From a bacterium (GTDB lineage Bacteria > UBA8248), in NCBI GenBank assembly GCA_965200245.1, contig CBDATS010000004.1, forward strand, positions 320,001 to 384,000: DNA of 64,000 nucleotides, in the 5' to 3' direction. Position 1 is the stretch's first letter. Each line of letters begins with the position of its first letter. The notes beneath the pieces were generated by a model. That model was not told the origin of the DNA and ran no database searches. It saw nothing but the letters and a program-made list of their open reading frames with translations. Positions 10,635-20,416 of this stretch are shown here, one piece after another. Both the position numbers and the translations under genes were made by a program.

Positions 10635-10735
10635 ATGTCGGATTGTAGCTGGAACACCAGCTATATCTGGCACGTCGCGGATGATGCGCTACGCGGTCTG
10701 TATATGGACGAGACGGATGTCATCTTATTCGGGGA
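10635..10735 (+). pseudogene. hsdM: type I R-M HsdM N-terminal remnant
   Basis: MSDCSWNTSYIWHVADDALRGLYM..DVIL resembles the HsdM N-terminal motif IWxxADDxLRxxY...DVILP; the rest is missing. Confidence 0.6.
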
Positions 10736-10795
10736 CGAGAACCATACGAAGGCGTCACAGGAAGTCCCAAAACCGAGGGAGACGACAGTCTAGCC

Positions 10796-11437
10796 GTGTC
10801 GATGCCTGCCGAACCGAAGATATACCATATCGTCCATATCGATCGGTTACCTTCAATCATTGCGGAGAATGGTCTCCTTTGTGACGCGGAGATTGCCCGA
10901 CGTTCACTCCCCGGCACCAACATCGGTATGAACAACATCAAACGACGACGGCTCCAGGAATTGACTCTTGATAGTCATCCCCGTCTTCATGTCGGGGACT
11001 GCGTTCCTTTCTACTTTTGCCCGCGATCAATTATGCTGTATGTAATCCATCGCGCAAATAGTCCAGAACTTACTTATCGGGGCGGGCAAACGCCAATTAT
11101 TCACTTGGAGGCGAATTTGTATCAGGCGGTCGCCTGGGCGGAAAAGCACGGCCGACGCTGGGCATTCACGACATCGAACGCGGGCACCCGATTCTTTGAA
11201 GATTATTCCGACCTTACTCAATTGGACAAAGTTGACTGGCAAGCCGTGCGAGCTACGGACTGGCAGAATTACAAACATGAGAAACAGGCAGAATTCCTTG
11301 TCGAAAAACAGTTTCCCTAGCGGCTGGTTTCCCGCATCGGAGTAATGTCGCAGCAAGTCTATCAACAGGTCTTGGCAACCCTTGCAGTTTCCGATCACAA
11401 GCCACATGTCAAAATCGAATCCGGCTGGTATTATTGA
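10796..11437 (+). pseudogene. darT: DarT DNA ADP-ribosyltransferase toxin (DUF4433) with internal amber codon at 11318-11320
   Basis: IYHIVH, VPFYFCPRS and KQAEFLV motifs. After FP-TAG the frame continues RLVSRIGV...SGWYY* to 11437. Confidence 0.88.
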
Positions 11438-11456
11438 AATCAGGAGGAGAATGGCC

Positions 11457-12506
11457 ATGATTGAATACAAGACCGGTGATATCCTCGCTGAAGAATCTGA
11501 AGCCCTGGTCAACACTGTCAATTGCGTCGGAATCATGGGGCGTGGCATAGCCTTGCAGTTCAAGCGCACCTTTCCCGAGAACTTCAAAGCCTACGCTGCC
11601 CTTTGCAAGCACAACGAGATACAACCGGGGAATATGTTCGTTTTCGAGACGAATCGATTGACGAATCCACGCTACATCATCAACTTCCCGACCAAACGAC
11701 ACTGGCGGGGCAAAGGCCGCATGGAAGACATCGAGTCCGGTTTGGCATCCCTCGTGGAGGAGATCCGGGAGCGGAACATTCGCTCAATCGCCATCCCCCC
11801 GCTTGGTTGCGGACTTGGTGGCTTGAATTGGCCGGAAGTCCGCGAACGACTCCAAGCATCTATGGCGGAACTGAATGAAGTACAAATTACCATATTCGAG
11901 CCGGGTGGAGGGCCAGCGGATGAACAACCAAACTTTTCGAGCGATATCCCGGAAATGACAACCGGTCGGGCCGCACTGGTTGCGCTGATGAGCCGCTATC
12001 TCGGTGGACTGCTGGACCCGTTCGTGACGTTGCTGGAGGTGCACAAGCTCATGTACTTCATGCAGGAATCCGGGGAGAAACTGAATCTCAGATATCAGGA
12101 AGCGGCTTATGGGCCGTACGCCGAAAATCTGCGACACGTCCTGCGCAAGGTGGAGGGACATTTCACTACCGGATACGACGACGGGGAAGATAACCCTGGC
12201 AAGGAACTTGAACTCGTGCCCGGGGCAATCGACGATGCGAACGCCTTTCTTGAAAATTACCCGGAAACGCACGCACGTTTCAACAGAGTCGCCGATCTCG
12301 TCGATGGGTTTGAATCTCCTTTTGGTCTGGAATTACTCGCTACCGTGCATTGGGTCATCAACAAGAAGGAAGCGCAGACAATCGACGACGTGATAAGGAG
12401 AACCTACGCCTGGAATGAGAGAAAAAAACAGTTCTCAAAGCGCCAAATTAAACTTGCAGTCGACGTATTGGCCGAGAAGGGCTGGATTGAAAGCCATGGT
12501 ATGTAG
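11457..12506 (+). CDS. darG: DarG macrodomain antitoxin
   Basis: ALVNTVNCVGIMGRGIALQF, IINFPTK and PPLGCGLGGL; C-terminal GFESPFGLELLATV. Confidence 0.93.
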   Translation: MIEYKTGDILAEESEALVNTVNCVGIMGRGIALQFKRTFPENFKAYAALCKHNEIQPGNMFVFETNRLTNPRYIINFPTKRHWRGKGRMEDIESGLASLVEEIRERNIRSIAIPPLGCGLGGLNWPEVRERLQASMAELNEVQITIFEPGGGPADEQPNFSSDIPEMTTGRAALVALMSRYLGGLLDPFVTLLEVHKLMYFMQESGEKLNLRYQEAAYGPYAENLRHVLRKVEGHFTTGYDDGEDNPGKELELVPGAIDDANAFLENYPETHARFNRVADLVDGFESPFGLELLATVHWVINKKEAQTIDDVIRRTYAWNERKKQFSKRQIKLAVDVLAEKGWIESHGM

Positions 12507-12698
12507 TACTTCAATACCCATATCGTCTCACCATAACCGATACTTTGATAGCGTGAACGTGAACCACCACATATCACGACTGATAGATAATGGATAAGGG
12601 GAACTATATATCAGGGTTGAGAATTGATCTTTCGCCATGCCACCTTGCATGAACGTGGACGATCCCTTCCAGATGATCGTCGAGAGTGGCTGGAGTTT

Positions 12699-12872
12699 TT
12701 AGAACAGGGCGATCGCGGCGACAATCAAGCCAGCAGCTGAAAAAATGCCCGCCAATAACCATACCTTCAAGTTTGCTACGCTAACTTCAATATCCGCCTT
12801 CGTGGCCATGCGTTTTTCGAGGAAGTCCATTTTCTCCTCCAACCTAATGATACAGTTTTCATGATCATTCAT
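12699..12872 (-). CDS. 57-aa coiled-coil + C-terminal TM microprotein (copy 1)
   Basis: MNDHENCIIRLEEKMDFLEKRMATKADIEVSVANLKVWLLAGIFSAAGLIVAAIALF; paralogue at 52519-52695. Confidence 0.7.
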   Translation of the reverse strand: MNDHENCIIRLEEKMDFLEKRMATKADIEVSVANLKVWLLAGIFSAAGLIVAAIALF

Positions 12873-13047
12873 ACGTAAATCTTCGCCGTTTTGACGCGGC
12901 GGCGTCAATGTTATTGCTTGCGTATTTGTAAAGCATTGTTTTTTCTCTCGCCAGAAGTGGTGCGGGTGGGGTCCCACGGACAAAATTTCTAAGCTGATTT
13001 AGGTCGCCAAAATTGGTGAGCAGGTTGCTCCAAGAGATAAATGTATA

Positions 13048-13191
13048 GTAACAGAAACGGATATCGAGAAGTTGAAAGTCTGGATCCTTGGTGGGGTGTT
13101 ATCAGCAATCGTCGTTACTATAGTCATTGGCACTACTGTGGTCAAAGCGTTTTTCCAGAGCAATCGAATCCATAATCCCCTGCGGATTTAA
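13048..13191 (+). pseudogene. 5'-truncated relative of the same microprotein family
   Basis: VTETDIEKLKVWILGGVLSAIVVTIVIG resembles ATKADIE...LKVWLLAG; no clear start codon. Confidence 0.45.
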
Positions 13192-13265
13192 ATATAATTC
13201 CCCTAATTTGAGATTCTGTGTCCTCGCCTATAATTTCCATTGATTTTTACGGGTTAACAGGAAAT

Positions 13266-14507
13266 TCAGGCGATAACGACGTGTTCGCGGTGTGGCTCTC
13301 CCAAGTGCGTCATCCCCGTATCGGTCACCAAGACCGTATATTCCGCGTGCACGCCGCCTTTCCCGAATTTGCCCGAGGGCAGTTCCACAGAGAGCACTGC
13401 TCCTGCGGGAAGCGGGATGTCCGAATCCGGCGGCAGAAAGGGGTCGACCAGCTTCACGGGTTCGCTCAAAGTACAAGGCAACTCGCGTGCCTCAATGCCT
13501 ATTGTGTGTCCGCAGAATGCGCCGTTGTAACGAGGCAGGCCTGATTTTTTCGCCGCCGCCACCGCCGCACGAAAAATCTCAGAAGGCTTAACACCAGCAC
13601 GGATAACGCCGAAAGCGGCCTCCAGTCCCGCCTGAATGGCATTCCACTGCGCCTTGCGCTCTGCGTTCGGATCACCGAACGAGCCGCAACAACCCACATC
13701 CGCACAGTAGTGGTTCAGCCGCATACCGGCGTCAAAGAAAAAACCGTCTCCAGACTCGAATTTTCGCTCAGATGGCGGAAAGATTGACGCCGAGCGCCTC
13801 CCGCCTCCCAGATGAAACCAACTCCATTTTCCGCCTCCCGCAGCCACGGTACGGTAGTAATGACTCGCCACCTCGCACTCGCTGAGTCCAACGGCCATCT
13901 CCTGGTGGAACGCGACTACGGCCCGTTCGTTCAAAAGTGCCGCGGTGCGCATGCGATCAATTTCTTCTTCGGTTTTTTGGAGGCGAATCAGTCGAAACAG
14001 ATTCGAGGCGTTCAAAAAAACCACGCCCGGCAAAGCCGCCTCGAGTGCACCATGCGTGCCAGGCCGAATTCCCTCGTTGTCGAGCGCCACTTTTCCGCTA
14101 GAAAGGCCCCGTTCCCGCAAAATTCTCAGCAGGGCATCCGCTGAATTTGCCTCACGCGGAGCGTCTTCGGCGATGAGAGATATGTAATTTCTCTCCTCTT
14201 CGGTGGCTCCCGCCTCATCGGACGCCATATCGAGCGCCGAGCGGGGACCATAGCCCCTCACATCCTGAATCCACGAACCCGTCGCCGCATAGTAAGTCTC
14301 ATCCTGACGGGAGAGTACCAGCGCGGGCGGGGAGGATTCGTCCCGAAAAAACAGGACGAAAGTCTCTGTCGTGGCGTCTCCATAGGTATATTGCGCCCAG
14401 CCCTGAAAACCTGAGAGATACAGGACATTGTGGCGTGTGGCCGCTATGAGCGCATCAAGATCGAACCTCTCCATATATTCGAGTGCACGTCCTTTGTGGA
14501 AAAGCAT
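13266..14507 (-). CDS. M24 (Xaa-Pro peptidase/creatinase-fold) family protein
   Basis: Creatinase-N-like N-terminus; KTEEEI; metal-ligand positions in DAG..Y.AD, GHTIG, VELP and AEYTV. Confidence 0.88.
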   Translation of the reverse strand: MLFHKGRALEYMERFDLDALIAATRHNVLYLSGFQGWAQYTYGDATTETFVLFFRDESSPPALVLSRQDETYYAATGSWIQDVRGYGPRSALDMASDEAGATEEERNYISLIAEDAPREANSADALLRILRERGLSSGKVALDNEGIRPGTHGALEAALPGVVFLNASNLFRLIRLQKTEEEIDRMRTAALLNERAVVAFHQEMAVGLSECEVASHYYRTVAAGGGKWSWFHLGGGRRSASIFPPSERKFESGDGFFFDAGMRLNHYCADVGCCGSFGDPNAERKAQWNAIQAGLEAAFGVIRAGVKPSEIFRAAVAAAKKSGLPRYNGAFCGHTIGIEARELPCTLSEPVKLVDPFLPPDSDIPLPAGAVLSVELPSGKFGKGGVHAEYTVLVTDTGMTHLGEPHREHVVIA

Positions 14508-14546
14508 GAATATCCTCTGAGAAAAATAGACGACTACGGCTGAAAA

Positions 14547-17500
14547 TCAGGCTCGCCTGAAGTCTCTGATTTGCCGTACGAGCGGAATAGTGCCGCAAAC
14601 TAAACCCGTTGCAAGCATAGCAACGCTGAAGAAAATAACAAACAGAATGAATGTGACGAAGCAGACAAACAAGAGGAATCGTTCGTATGTATAGAGTCTT
14701 TCCAAAAGCCAGCCCTGGGTTCCCGCCGAGAAAGCGATGAATCCCAGAAGCGTAATGGATGCGGAAAGTACAACGCGCAACGGACTCGCGAAAGTAAGCA
14801 GCGCCGGGTCGAACATAAACAAAAAAGGAACGATAAAGCCCACGATAGCGAAGCGCAGGGACATCATGGATGTCTTGAAATAAGGGGCTCCCGCCAGCTT
14901 GGCACCCACGAGCGAAGCTATTGCCACGGGCGGCGTAATGGCGGAGAGAATCGCAAAATAGAAGATGAACATATGGGCTGCTACCCGGTCACCCTTGGAG
15001 GCCACGAACTCCTTGACCCATTCCGCACCATAGATATGTGTGAGTTCCGGCCCAACGAGCTTGATAAGCACGGGCCCACCCAGAATAGCAAGCAACACAT
15101 AGGCAGCCGTAGTCGGCATTCCCATGCCCAAAATCGCACAGCAAACCGCAGTGAGCAGAAGCGCAACGAAAAAACCATCGAGACCAATATAATATGCGCA
15201 GCCGCCACCCGCAGCGACGCCGAACAGACATATATCCTGGGCAAGGGCCTCGATCATGAAGGCGAACTTGTTGCCCACGCCCGTGATGGTCAGAACCTGC
15301 ACAACGACCTCGATGGTGGCCAGGGTTACGGCGAACTCGGCCCCCTGCCTGCCACCTACCCGCAAGGCATCACGGATACTGAAAATCCATGTGGATGCGC
15401 CTTGCGCGGCCTGTACGTCTGGACCCGTCTCGCCCGTATTTTTCGCTCGCTGCAAGTAGGTAAACGGATTGCACGACACGGCCAACACCTGCTTCACGCT
15501 TGGCACAGGTTCATCAGCCTCGGGTTGTTGCGAACCGAACGAAAATATTACCCTTTGGACAATGAAGGCCAACCCAAAAAAGATAAGGCCGTCATAGATA
15601 AATCCGAATGGAACGAACCATTCGCCGAAGTCCGCTATGGCGGGGACAAGCGTATAAATCCCTTTTTGCGCATAATAGGCTCCCACCCAAATGATGGCGA
15701 AATACCAGGGTATCGTCGTGGAGGGTTGCACACCATTTCCCCGGAAAATGGACAGTGCACAAAGCAGAATCAGTACAATTGCGAGCCCGGCAACACCTGG
15801 AGTCCAGCCCAAAACACCCCAAAAACCCACAAAGGTAAGTGGATAAATTGCAAGCCAATTCCGCTCGATCTCACGCCAGAATTCAGCCACCCAGGAGAGC
15901 AGGCGAGCGGAAACACTCACCAGAACGAAACCTGTAACGATCATGGACAGGGCGGCCGTAATTGCTGCACTCCAGGTCGGCTTCCCATATATCCCCAATG
16001 GCAACCCGAAACCCAACTCAAAAACCGAGAGAAATGCAAATACGAAGAAGACGAATACCCAAAAAGTGACCGGCACAAAAACGAATACATCATCCGCGAT
16101 GGTCTTATCACCCCGCCTCAGCGTACCCAGAAATTCCGTCACATTCCGGTAAAACCAAATGCCCACCATGATGAATACCGACATGACACCCGCAAACACG
16201 GGCGTTCTGCCCTCAAAGAGGAAATAGACCAAAAACGCCAGAGGCACGAGATAGAACCACCCGTTCTTGAGTTCCTCTTTCCAACTCGGAATCTCGGAAG
16301 CGGGCAATGGCTGTATATTCAGCGCCCCGGCTGCAAAGTGGATGTTGATCCCCACGATGGTGAAATACAAGACCGCAGGTATGGTGGCATATCCGATGAT
16401 ATGGAAATATGGCACCTCGATGAGTTCGCTCATGATAAAGGCGCCAGCCCCCATGACAGGCGGCATAATCTGTCCACCGCTGCTAGCCGCCGCCTCTGCC
16501 GCTCCGGCAATGTGCGGGCTGAGCCCGATACGCTTCATCAAGGGAATTGTGAACGTACCGGTGGTAACGACGTTCCCGGATGCGCTCCCAGACACCGTAC
16601 CCATGAGCGCGCTCGAACCAACTGCAGCGAGACCAGCACCCGCGCGCATCTTGCCGAACAGGCCTAAAGCGAAATTCACAAAAAAACGGCCTGCACCCGA
16701 TTCGTGTAAAAATGCTCCCAGAATAAGAAACATGATGATAAACGTGGCCGAGATAACAACCAGAAAGCCCAATACGCCACCGATAAAATCCGTTGACAGT
16801 TTGGCCTGAAGCTCAATCCATGTGTGACCACCATGACCAAAAGGAGGAGCGAAAAGATTGCCCCAGATGCCATAAGCGAAGGCAATCACCGCCAAAGTCG
16901 GAAGTGGAGGACCGAAACAACGTCTCGTCAACTCAAGGGCGACAACGAGCATGACGAAACCGACACGCGCATCTCCAATTGTCGGGGCGCCCGGTCGATC
17001 GACCATCTCCTCGTGGTAGTAGAATAAGTACAGACAAGCCGTTGCTACGAAAAAAAGCATGCCTGCGTTCAAGCCAATCGTGAAACCAGCCGGAAAAGGA
17101 TGCGCGGGATATTCTTCGAATACTTCCTTGATGCGTCTTTTGGCCCAGAAAAGAGGAAATGCGAAGACAACTACCGGCCAGAGGTAGAAAGCGCTTCTCA
17201 CCTCATCACTTTGCCCGGCCCACAACCCTACTCGCCACCCAATCAGAATGAGCGCTACGAAAAACACCCCCAGAAAAACACCCGCTTTTTTCACCCCCTC
17301 GGCGGGCCTGAAAAAGATCGCGAACAAGGTCCACATCACGGGAATTGCGGAGCACGTGATCAACAACCACCAGAATGTGGGCTCATGCGTGCTTTCAGGT
17401 AAGGAATCCCAATACCAGTACAGTATGGGCGCAGGAACGAACCCCAAAACCCACAGCAAAAGCGCGAGCCATGATTTTTCAACGACCATCATGGCTATCC

Positions 17501-17861
17501 ATATGACGAACGGGAGCGCATATACCCACCAAACACTCCAATCAGACCAGCCTTCTCCCATTTCATAAACAAAGTAGTAGAAAATGACGGCGGGAAACAA
17601 AGACAAGACATACAAGACCGGGAGAAGTTTCAGTTTTCGGATCCTGTCGCCATATATCCGCGGCATCGCGCCGGCACCGCCGATGAGAAGAATGCTGTAG
17701 GCCAACAACATGTGCATGTTGGGGTGCATCTCGCCTGGCAAAGGCCGCAGGTAGACCGCGGAGATATGATAGAGCCCCGAAAGCACGCATAGCCAGGAAG
17801 TGATGAAAACCAGAGCTCTTACGAGAGGAGCTGACTGGGTCGGATCAGATTCGGCGTTCAT
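14547..17861 (-). CDS. TRAP fused permease (4TM/12TM, TAXI-type), enlarged to 1104 aa
   Basis: ELTRR, GTVSGSASGNVVTTGTFTIPLMK, GGQIMPPVMGAGAFIM, LGMGMPTTAAY and AHMFIFYFAILSAITPPVA. Confidence 0.92.
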   Translation of the reverse strand: MNAESDPTQSAPLVRALVFITSWLCVLSGLYHISAVYLRPLPGEMHPNMHMLLAYSILLIGGAGAMPRIYGDRIRKLKLLPVLYVLSLFPAVIFYYFVYEMGEGWSDWSVWWVYALPFVIWIAMMVVEKSWLALLLWVLGFVPAPILYWYWDSLPESTHEPTFWWLLITCSAIPVMWTLFAIFFRPAEGVKKAGVFLGVFFVALILIGWRVGLWAGQSDEVRSAFYLWPVVVFAFPLFWAKRRIKEVFEEYPAHPFPAGFTIGLNAGMLFFVATACLYLFYYHEEMVDRPGAPTIGDARVGFVMLVVALELTRRCFGPPLPTLAVIAFAYGIWGNLFAPPFGHGGHTWIELQAKLSTDFIGGVLGFLVVISATFIIMFLILGAFLHESGAGRFFVNFALGLFGKMRAGAGLAAVGSSALMGTVSGSASGNVVTTGTFTIPLMKRIGLSPHIAGAAEAAASSGGQIMPPVMGAGAFIMSELIEVPYFHIIGYATIPAVLYFTIVGINIHFAAGALNIQPLPASEIPSWKEELKNGWFYLVPLAFLVYFLFEGRTPVFAGVMSVFIMVGIWFYRNVTEFLGTLRRGDKTIADDVFVFVPVTFWVFVFFVFAFLSVFELGFGLPLGIYGKPTWSAAITAALSMIVTGFVLVSVSARLLSWVAEFWREIERNWLAIYPLTFVGFWGVLGWTPGVAGLAIVLILLCALSIFRGNGVQPSTTIPWYFAIIWVGAYYAQKGIYTLVPAIADFGEWFVPFGFIYDGLIFFGLAFIVQRVIFSFGSQQPEADEPVPSVKQVLAVSCNPFTYLQRAKNTGETGPDVQAAQGASTWIFSIRDALRVGGRQGAEFAVTLATIEVVVQVLTITGVGNKFAFMIEALAQDICLFGVAAGGGCAYYIGLDGFFVALLLTAVCCAILGMGMPTTAAYVLLAILGGPVLIKLVGPELTHIYGAEWVKEFVASKGDRVAAHMFIFYFAILSAITPPVAIASLVGAKLAGAPYFKTSMMSLRFAIVGFIVPFLFMFDPALLTFASPLRVVLSASITLLGFIAFSAGTQGWLLERLYTYERFLLFVCFVTFILFVIFFSVAMLATGLVCGTIPLVRQIRDFRRA

Positions 17862-18160
17862 GTTTCCCCTTCTTTCTCCACCGAGGTGGATTCATCATGG
17901 CAATTCGCAAACTACCTGTTGATTCAATCCACGTCATTCTAGCGGATAGGCTTGCTGTTTTTCCAGCGACTCACAAGATTCGCCCAAATGCCTTCCGAAC
18001 TTTGTACCTGACAACTTCACCTGGCACTTGACCAAACCGCATGGTTTTGTTTAAGTATTCGCACCTCGATAAACCTTCAGGATATGAGATTTTATTCATG
18101 AGTCTCGGATTTACAACTCGAAACGATCAAGTAATTTTCACTACCCAAAAGGAGATGCGA

Positions 18161-19132
18161 ATGAGGGAATCCACACTTCGGTTGATCACGTTGGCGGCAG
18201 GTCTTGCCTTGGTTATCGGCACGGCTCCGACGGCACACGCAGCCAAAATACTCATGGGAACGTCCCAGCCCGGTGGCGCCACTTTCGAGATTGGCACCGC
18301 AATGGGCAAAGTGATCACGGACAATTCGGGCGGAAAGATTCAAGTGGAAACATCCGTAACCGGCGGTTCCACGGCAAATGTCCGGACACTTCAGAAGAAG
18401 GACAAGAACCAGGCCCTGCGCATAGGCATGGCCACGGCGCCGGCTGTCTCGTGGGGCCAAACAGGCAGGAAACCCTTCAAGAAACCTCAGGATGTACTGG
18501 CACTCGGAGCCCTTTATCCATTGACAACCGTCTACACCACATTCAAGACCACCGGAATCAAGAAATGGGCCGATCTCAAGGGCAAAAGATTCGTTGTCGG
18601 CGGTCGCGGGGGCTCGATTTACATCGTCACGCAGCTTGCCCTCAAACACAGCGGCGTAAAAGCGAAAAAAGAATTCTTCAACAACAACCAGAACTCAGCC
18701 GCCATCAAAGACCAAAGGGTGGACGCCGGATTCTTCTTCCTGAACGCGAACGTTCCCGCACCCGTGTATATGGACCTCGCTCGCACGCTCTCCGGCAAAC
18801 TTCACTTCTTCGGCCCAGATGAAGCCACTATCAAAAAGCTTGCCGAGAACGAAGCGGGCATCGTGCGCGATGTCGTGTCTGCCGGCTCCATCCCTGGTTA
18901 CGACAAGGATGTCGTAAGCTGGGGACAGATGTGGACTCTGATGACCAACAGCAAAATGAGCAATGCCAACGCATACGGGCTCGTCAAGGCTCTGTACGAC
19001 AACCACAAACAAATCACCAAATATCATCCGACCGGAAAATACGTCACGAAAAAGACAGGCCTTCGTGGCATTAAGAAACTCAAGATGCACCCGGGAGCGG
19101 CCCGCTACTGGAAAGAGTCGGGCATGAACTAA
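18161..19132 (+). CDS. TAXI-family TRAP substrate-binding protein
   Basis: Signal peptide; GTSQPGG, TGGSTAN, DLKGKR and MHPGAARY; AAGGAG RBS. Confidence 0.92.
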   Translation: MRESTLRLITLAAGLALVIGTAPTAHAAKILMGTSQPGGATFEIGTAMGKVITDNSGGKIQVETSVTGGSTANVRTLQKKDKNQALRIGMATAPAVSWGQTGRKPFKKPQDVLALGALYPLTTVYTTFKTTGIKKWADLKGKRFVVGGRGGSIYIVTQLALKHSGVKAKKEFFNNNQNSAAIKDQRVDAGFFFLNANVPAPVYMDLARTLSGKLHFFGPDEATIKKLAENEAGIVRDVVSAGSIPGYDKDVVSWGQMWTLMTNSKMSNANAYGLVKALYDNHKQITKYHPTGKYVTKKTGLRGIKKLKMHPGAARYWKESGMN

Positions 19133-19146
19133 GCATCATCGACAAT

Positions 19147-19179
19147 GAAAAACTCCTGCTTCGGCGGGGGTTTTTTATT
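19147..19179 (+). terminator. intrinsic terminator
   Basis: AAAACTCCTGC-TTCG-GCGGGGGTTTTTT. Confidence 0.8.
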
Positions 19180-19267
19180 GTCTCGTGATACTCGCCAAGG
19201 ACTATGGAAATGGTATGATGGCCGAACATTACCCAGAACCAGACCTTTCCATTCCCGGGAGAAGAAA

Positions 19268-19876
19268 ATGGACGCATCCGGTTTTGAAACCGTTCGTCTG
19301 GTCAAACCCGACGAGGCCGAAGATGAAGTTCTGCAGATATACGATGAAATATGTCGATTAAAGGACCCGCGCTGGCTGGGACCGTTATTTGGGTTTTTCG
19401 CACACGTGCCGGGTCTGTTGAGGGGATTTTGGGAACTGCAAAAACGCCTCGAAGTGCTGGATGGCCATATTTCACGTGAGTTGACCAATCGCATCGCCAT
19501 GGTTTGCGCGGTTGCCTCAGACTGCCCCCGCTGCGTGAATTTCCACAAAACAGATCTAATCCACCGCCTGGAACTCGATGAATATGAAGTCGAAAAACTT
19601 CATGACTTCGAGAACGCCGATTTGCCCGAAGCGGAAAAGGCGGTTTTCCGTGTTGCCAGAAAACTCACACTCAACGAACAGATGAGCGACAGTGAGTTTC
19701 AGGCGTTGCGCGAGCACGGCTTTGATGAACCCGCTATCGTGGAGATTGTCTCCGTTGCCTTGCTGGAGAGCGGCTTCGCTCGTCACGCAAGCGTACTCGC
19801 GCGATTTGAAGACGGAATGGACTGGCCTGCGCAACATACCCCATACGCCGAATATCGAAGCGCCATCGACCGCTAA
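19268..19876 (+). CDS. AhpD/carboxymuconolactone decarboxylase-like protein
   Basis: CPRCVNFH (CxxCxxxH) and LREHGFDEPAIVEIV. Confidence 0.82.
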   Translation: MDASGFETVRLVKPDEAEDEVLQIYDEICRLKDPRWLGPLFGFFAHVPGLLRGFWELQKRLEVLDGHISRELTNRIAMVCAVASDCPRCVNFHKTDLIHRLELDEYEVEKLHDFENADLPEAEKAVFRVARKLTLNEQMSDSEFQALREHGFDEPAIVEIVSVALLESGFARHASVLARFEDGMDWPAQHTPYAEYRSAIDR

Positions 19877-19912
19877 GGGCTTACGGCTAGATTCGTACCC
19901 GCCAAAAAGAAT

Positions 19913-20215
19913 CTATTTCTCGCTATATATTTGTGTCAGATTATTTTTGGGAGGAGAATGTGCATTCTTCTCTTTTGTGCCTGCACGCAGATTCTTTTTC
20001 CGGTTCAAGGACGAATGGGGCAGCGCTTTCTTCAAAACGTACTTCGCAGGTGCCTCGGCGGGATAGTTGTACAGAGTAACCAGGCACGCATCGGTTTCAA
20101 CGCGAGCCTCCCCTGCTACTGCCCTGGATACGCTCATGACAACGAACACGACAAGCAACATGACTTTCAAATCACGCATCTGCAAAAACCCCGTGAAAAG
20201 CACGCCGAAATGCAT
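19913..20215 (-). CDS. hypothetical small secreted protein
   Basis: Signal-peptide-like segment only; no recognisable domain. Confidence 0.3.
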   Translation of the reverse strand: MHFGVLFTGFLQMRDLKVMLLVVFVVMSVSRAVAGEARVETDACLVTLYNYPAEAPAKYVLKKALPHSSLNRKKNLRAGTKEKNAHSPPKNNLTQIYSEK

Positions 20216-20416
20216 GCCTGGGAATCATAACACAATACCGGGAAATGATAATGCCACCTATTTCCCGATGGTTTTCGTATTGAAAAACAATTTCAACTCT
20301 TATATGGTTACCTGAAATTCAAAGACTGGAATTTTACGGATATGGTGGATGATTCAGGGCGTTCATTCGCCGATTTATCTTCAAGCTACACAACCATATT
20401 TTGGAAATGACCTCTC

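Noticed and set aside
11318-11320. Amber recoding (pyrrolysine or TAG=Trp)
   Set aside because: TAG is a normal stop in many core genes here, and the other in-frame TAGs lie in genes with additional lesions.
14973-16667. 564-aa + strand ORF
   Set aside because: Antisense shadow of the TRAP permease; no motifs.
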